Assembly: GCA_963169195.1 (NCBI GenBank)
Contig: CAUJDN010000054.1
Span: 28,386 to 92,385 of the forward strand
Source: Acidobacteriota bacterium
Lineage (GTDB): Bacteria; Acidobacteriota; Vicinamibacteria; Vicinamibacterales; UBA2999
Direction of reading: 5' to 3'
Length of the DNA: 64,000 nt
The notes under the pieces were generated by a model. It saw only the letters and a program-made list of their open reading frames with translations. It had not been told where the DNA came from and did not search any database. Within the stretch, counting starts at the first letter, position 1; each line of letters begins with the position of its first letter. A program made the translations under genes and the position numbers. Shown in pieces: positions 61,335-64,000 of this stretch.

Positions 61335-62321
61335 CTATCCTGCCACCGCTTCCGCCGCCGGCGAGTCGGGCCAGGTCGGCACCGGTCGCGCGACATAGCC
61401 CGCGTGCGCCAGCTTGCTCTGGAAGAGCGCCGTCTGTGACGCGGCGAACTGCAGCCGCACCAGCACGCGCAGGACGATGTAGAGCTGGCCCACTGCGAAG
61501 GCGGCCAGCGGCGCCGACGCGCCCGGGGCCGCCAGGAAATAGAAAGCGACCACCAGCAGGTGGACGAGGGCGTTCAGCAGGTACAGCGCCAGCGTCCTGG
61601 CGGGGTGCCGGACGACGAAGCGCGCGCCTGCGAGCAACGCGCCGATCATGCTGCGGCGGTCCTCCACGACCGCGCGGATCTTCGCGTAGTCGAAGAGCAG
61701 GTTCACGCCGACGAGGATGGCGGTGAACACGGCGTACAGGCCCAGCCGGGCGAAGAACGCGGTGCGCTCGACGGTGATGTCGTGCGTCCACCGCGTGTAG
61801 AGCGTGTCGAGCAGCCACGGGTGCAGCCAGGCGAAGAGCGCTCCGTAGACGGCGCCCGCCGCCACGCCGAGGCGCAGGAAGCGGAAGGACCAGACACCGC
61901 AGGCCGAGAAGAACGCGTGCGTGCCGACGCGGCGATCCCGCGCGAGGCGGTCGAGCACGCCGCCCGCGAGGAACACCGACACCAGGAGCTGCACGCCGAC
62001 GATGGCGGAGAGCACGGGCGCGAGCGCGCGCGCGTCGGCGATGCGGCTCGCGTTGTCGAGGACCGCGGCGAACCCGATGATGGCCGGCACGAACGTCTGG
62101 CCCACGCCAGCGGCCTGCGCGAGGAACTCGTTCCACCAGTCGAAGTTCACGCCGCGCGCGGCCTGGTCGGCCATGAGGCTCGCGCCCAGGTGGCCGGCGA
62201 TCATCCCGTGCAGCACGAGCGCCGGAGGGAGCGCCACGAGCAGCGTGGAGAGCCAGAGGCCCACGACGACCCACGATGCCCGTCGGAGGCGGCCGAGGCC
62301 GTCCCTGAACGCCGCGATCAC
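61335..62321 (-). CDS. hypothetical polytopic membrane protein (328 aa)
   Basis: ATG start 24 nt after the M1 peptidase stop. At least 6 hydrophobic segments. No family recognised. Confidence 0.65.
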   Translation of the reverse strand: MIAAFRDGLGRLRRASWVVVGLWLSTLLVALPPALVLHGMIAGHLGASLMADQAARGVNFDWWNEFLAQAAGVGQTFVPAIIGFAAVLDNASRIADARALAPVLSAIVGVQLLVSVFLAGGVLDRLARDRRVGTHAFFSACGVWSFRFLRLGVAAGAVYGALFAWLHPWLLDTLYTRWTHDITVERTAFFARLGLYAVFTAILVGVNLLFDYAKIRAVVEDRRSMIGALLAGARFVVRHPARTLALYLLNALVHLLVVAFYFLAAPGASAPLAAFAVGQLYIVLRVLVRLQFAASQTALFQSKLAHAGYVARPVPTWPDSPAAEAVAG

Positions 62322-62345
62322 GACGTGCCTCCTCCCGACAGGTCT

Positions 62346-64000
62346 TCAGACAAAGAAGGCATAGTCCATCAACAGATCCTGCAGCCACACGATCCACTGC
62401 AGCGTCCAGTGGTCCGCGGCGCGCTCGGCCTCCGGCCTCATCGTGATGCTGTTGTTCGTGTAGTTCACGTCGAGCAGGAGTACGCGGTCCGGGTCCACCT
62501 GCACCGAGACCGCCTTCGAGGGCGTCTCGTACCTGAACGGCTGCCAGCGTGACCGCCCGTCCCACCGCTCGCGCACCTGCTCGCCGCTCTCGAAGGTCAC
62601 GAGCACGTCCACGGGAAAGATGGCCTCGCCGAGCCGCCGGACCACGACCGTCGTGCGGAACCGCGAGTCGTCTGCCTGCTCCCCGAAGACGAGCGGCGCG
62701 CCAGGGGAGGGCTCCTCGAACCCGCGCGTGCCCACCGGGACGCTCTCCAGCCGCTCGGCCGCGTAGTCGAACTCGTTCGAGCTGCGATGCGCCTGGTCGA
62801 AGAACCAGGTGAGATCGTCTCCGGTCTTCTCGTTGACCAGGGCGAAGAAGTCGTCCGGCACGGGGTGCTTGAAGCGGAAGCGCTCGAAGTAGGCGGCCAT
62901 CACGGGCTGGAGCCGGTCCCAGCCCAGGTGGCGCTCCAGCGTGTGCAGCCAGAGCGCCGTCTTGCTGTAGGTGATGTCGGCGTGCGTACCGGGCCAGTAG
63001 AGGTGGCTGGGCGTCGCGGGGACGTCACGCTCGGCTGCACGGCGATAGCCGTTGAGCCCGTTGCCATCGGTGGCGCGCGAGAGCGGGATGTCGCGGAACT
63101 GCCACGGGATGAAGCCGCCGAAGAAACGCTCCACCCGATAGTTCGGCTGGAAGGTGACCGACTGGACGCGCTCTTCCGAGAAGGTGTTGAACCCCTCGTC
63201 CATCCACGCCGAGGTCACCTCGTTGTTGGCCACCATGCCGTACCAGAACTGGTGTCCCGCTTCGTGCACGGTGACGGCTTCGGGCTGGTTCGACTGGCGC
63301 GGGGCCAGCCACCGCGTCCCCGCGGTGAAGAGCGTCGGGTATTCCATGCCGCCCGCGCCGCTCTGCCAGGCGGGGTCGATGATGGTGATCTGCGGATAGG
63401 GATAGGCGCCGTACCACTCGCCGTAGTACTTCAGCGCCGCCCTGGTGGCCGCGAAGTGCCGATCCTGCTGGCCGCGGTGTTCCGGCTGCAGCAGCAGGCG
63501 CATCGACACCGGCGGCAGCCGCTCGTGCTCGAAGCGCTCCGTGTACTCCTCGTAGTCCGGGCTTGTCGTCCACGCGAAATCGTGGACGTCGTCCTGCGCG
63601 TAGCGGTGAACGGTGAGGCCGCCCTCGACGTCCGTGCGCGAGACTTCGCGGCCCGTCGCGCCCACAACCCAGCCACGCGGCACGCGGAGCTGTACGTCGT
63701 AGCCGCCGAAGTCGGCGTAGAATTCGGTGTTGGCGAAGAACTGGCGGGCGTTCCAGCCGTCGGCCTCGAAGACGCCGAGCTTCGGGAACCAGTGCGCGAT
63801 GAAGAAGTAGTTCCCGATGGCGCCCGTGCGCGAGAAGGTGCGCGGCACCTGCGCCGTCCACGCCACGCGCACGTGCAGCGTCTGGCCCGGCGCCACGGCC
63901 GTCGGCAGGTCCGCTGCCGCGAGCGACCGATCCGCGGGGTTCTGATCGTCGGGCTGGATGTAGCGGAACGAAGGCATCAGGTCCGGGCCGTCGGTGCCGT
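62346..64000 (-). CDS. M1-family zinc metallopeptidase (aminopeptidase N-like), 5' end probably beyond the window edge
   Basis: HEAGHQFWYGMVANNEVTSAWMDEGF (HEXXH-X18-E) and a GAGGMEYPTL exopeptidase-type motif. The frame stays open from ATG 63977 to the right edge. Confidence 0.9.
   Translation of the reverse strand, partial: GTDGPDLMPSFRYIQPDDQNPADRSLAAADLPTAVAPGQTLHVRVAWTAQVPRTFSRTGAIGNYFFIAHWFPKLGVFEADGWNARQFFANTEFYADFGGYDVQLRVPRGWVVGATGREVSRTDVEGGLTVHRYAQDDVHDFAWTTSPDYEEYTERFEHERLPPVSMRLLLQPEHRGQQDRHFAATRAALKYYGEWYGAYPYPQITIIDPAWQSGAGGMEYPTLFTAGTRWLAPRQSNQPEAVTVHEAGHQFWYGMVANNEVTSAWMDEGFNTFSEERVQSVTFQPNYRVERFFGGFIPWQFRDIPLSRATDGNGLNGYRRAAERDVPATPSHLYWPGTHADITYSKTALWLHTLERHLGWDRLQPVMAAYFERFRFKHPVPDDFFALVNEKTGDDLTWFFDQAHRSSNEFDYAAERLESVPVGTRGFEEPSPGAPLVFGEQADDSRFRTTVVVRRLGEAIFPVDVLVTFESGEQVRERWDGRSRWQPFRYETPSKAVSVQVDPDRVLLLDVNYTNNSITMRPEAERAADHWTLQWIVWLQDLLMDYAFFV

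Noticed and set aside
59994-61439. ORFs encoding pentapeptide repeats (VLRTP, ASNPR, FEPPC, RSTGV) through the arrays as real repeat proteins.
   Set aside because: They exist in every frame and on both strands only because a 15-bp unit has no stop codon. They start and stop arbitrarily and lack any flanking domain.

Overview
Very GC-rich 64-kb chromosomal segment (third codon positions mostly G/C). I call about 50 protein-coding genes on both strands and found no rRNA, tRNA, CRISPR, transposase or integrase. The gene content suggests a soil Acidobacteriota-like organism, by inference only: a VWFA-related 'acidobacterial' secreted protein, many signal-peptide and beta-propeller proteins, a large PIG-L deacetylase, and TLC/HEAT transporters. 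Blocks, left to right: (a) nucleotide-sugar and envelope genes (DegT aminotransferase, sugar dehydrogenase, HAD, O-antigen-ligase-like, SAM methyltransferase) convergent with thiS-thiG; (b) a 1191-aa multidomain flavoprotein; (c) a Ser/Thr kinase-pseudokinase next to a BRCT/MerR-like/TPR protein; (d) a DEAD-box helicase, infA and an acyl-AMP ligase-ACP-acyltransferase fusion; (e) a degenerate DAC-like protein, an SDR and an M28 peptidase; (f) a lower-GC islet with an unknown 312-aa protein and a PIN toxin gene carrying an in-frame TGA; (g) cca, VWA, NIPSNAP, cupin, M20, proline dehydrogenase, a PlsB-like acyltransferase, IDH, tkt and a PD40-GGT fusion; (h) bcp and a P1B-ATPase-derived protein lacking all cytoplasmic ATPase domains; (i) PIG-L and a CpxP/Spy-RR-HK module; (j) a five-gene secreted operon with a lipase/bulb-lectin fusion; (k) a divergent pair of TLC(ATP/ADP-translocase-like)-HEAT proteins, one with cNMP-binding-like domains; (l) an M1 peptidase. 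Most worth a second look: (1) gene boundaries carry short G-tract/C-tract tandem repeats whose orientation follows the neighbouring start or stop codon; (2) two inverted arrays of a 15-bp repeat begin at the TAG stops of convergent genes and bracket a decayed gene; (3) a GATTG/CAATC-rich palindromic element ends at a start codon; (4) several unusual domain architectures (ATPase-less P1B core, TLC-HEAT pair, lipase-lectin, degenerate DAC, BRCT next to a kinase). All family calls come from motif recognition by eye. No database search was run.
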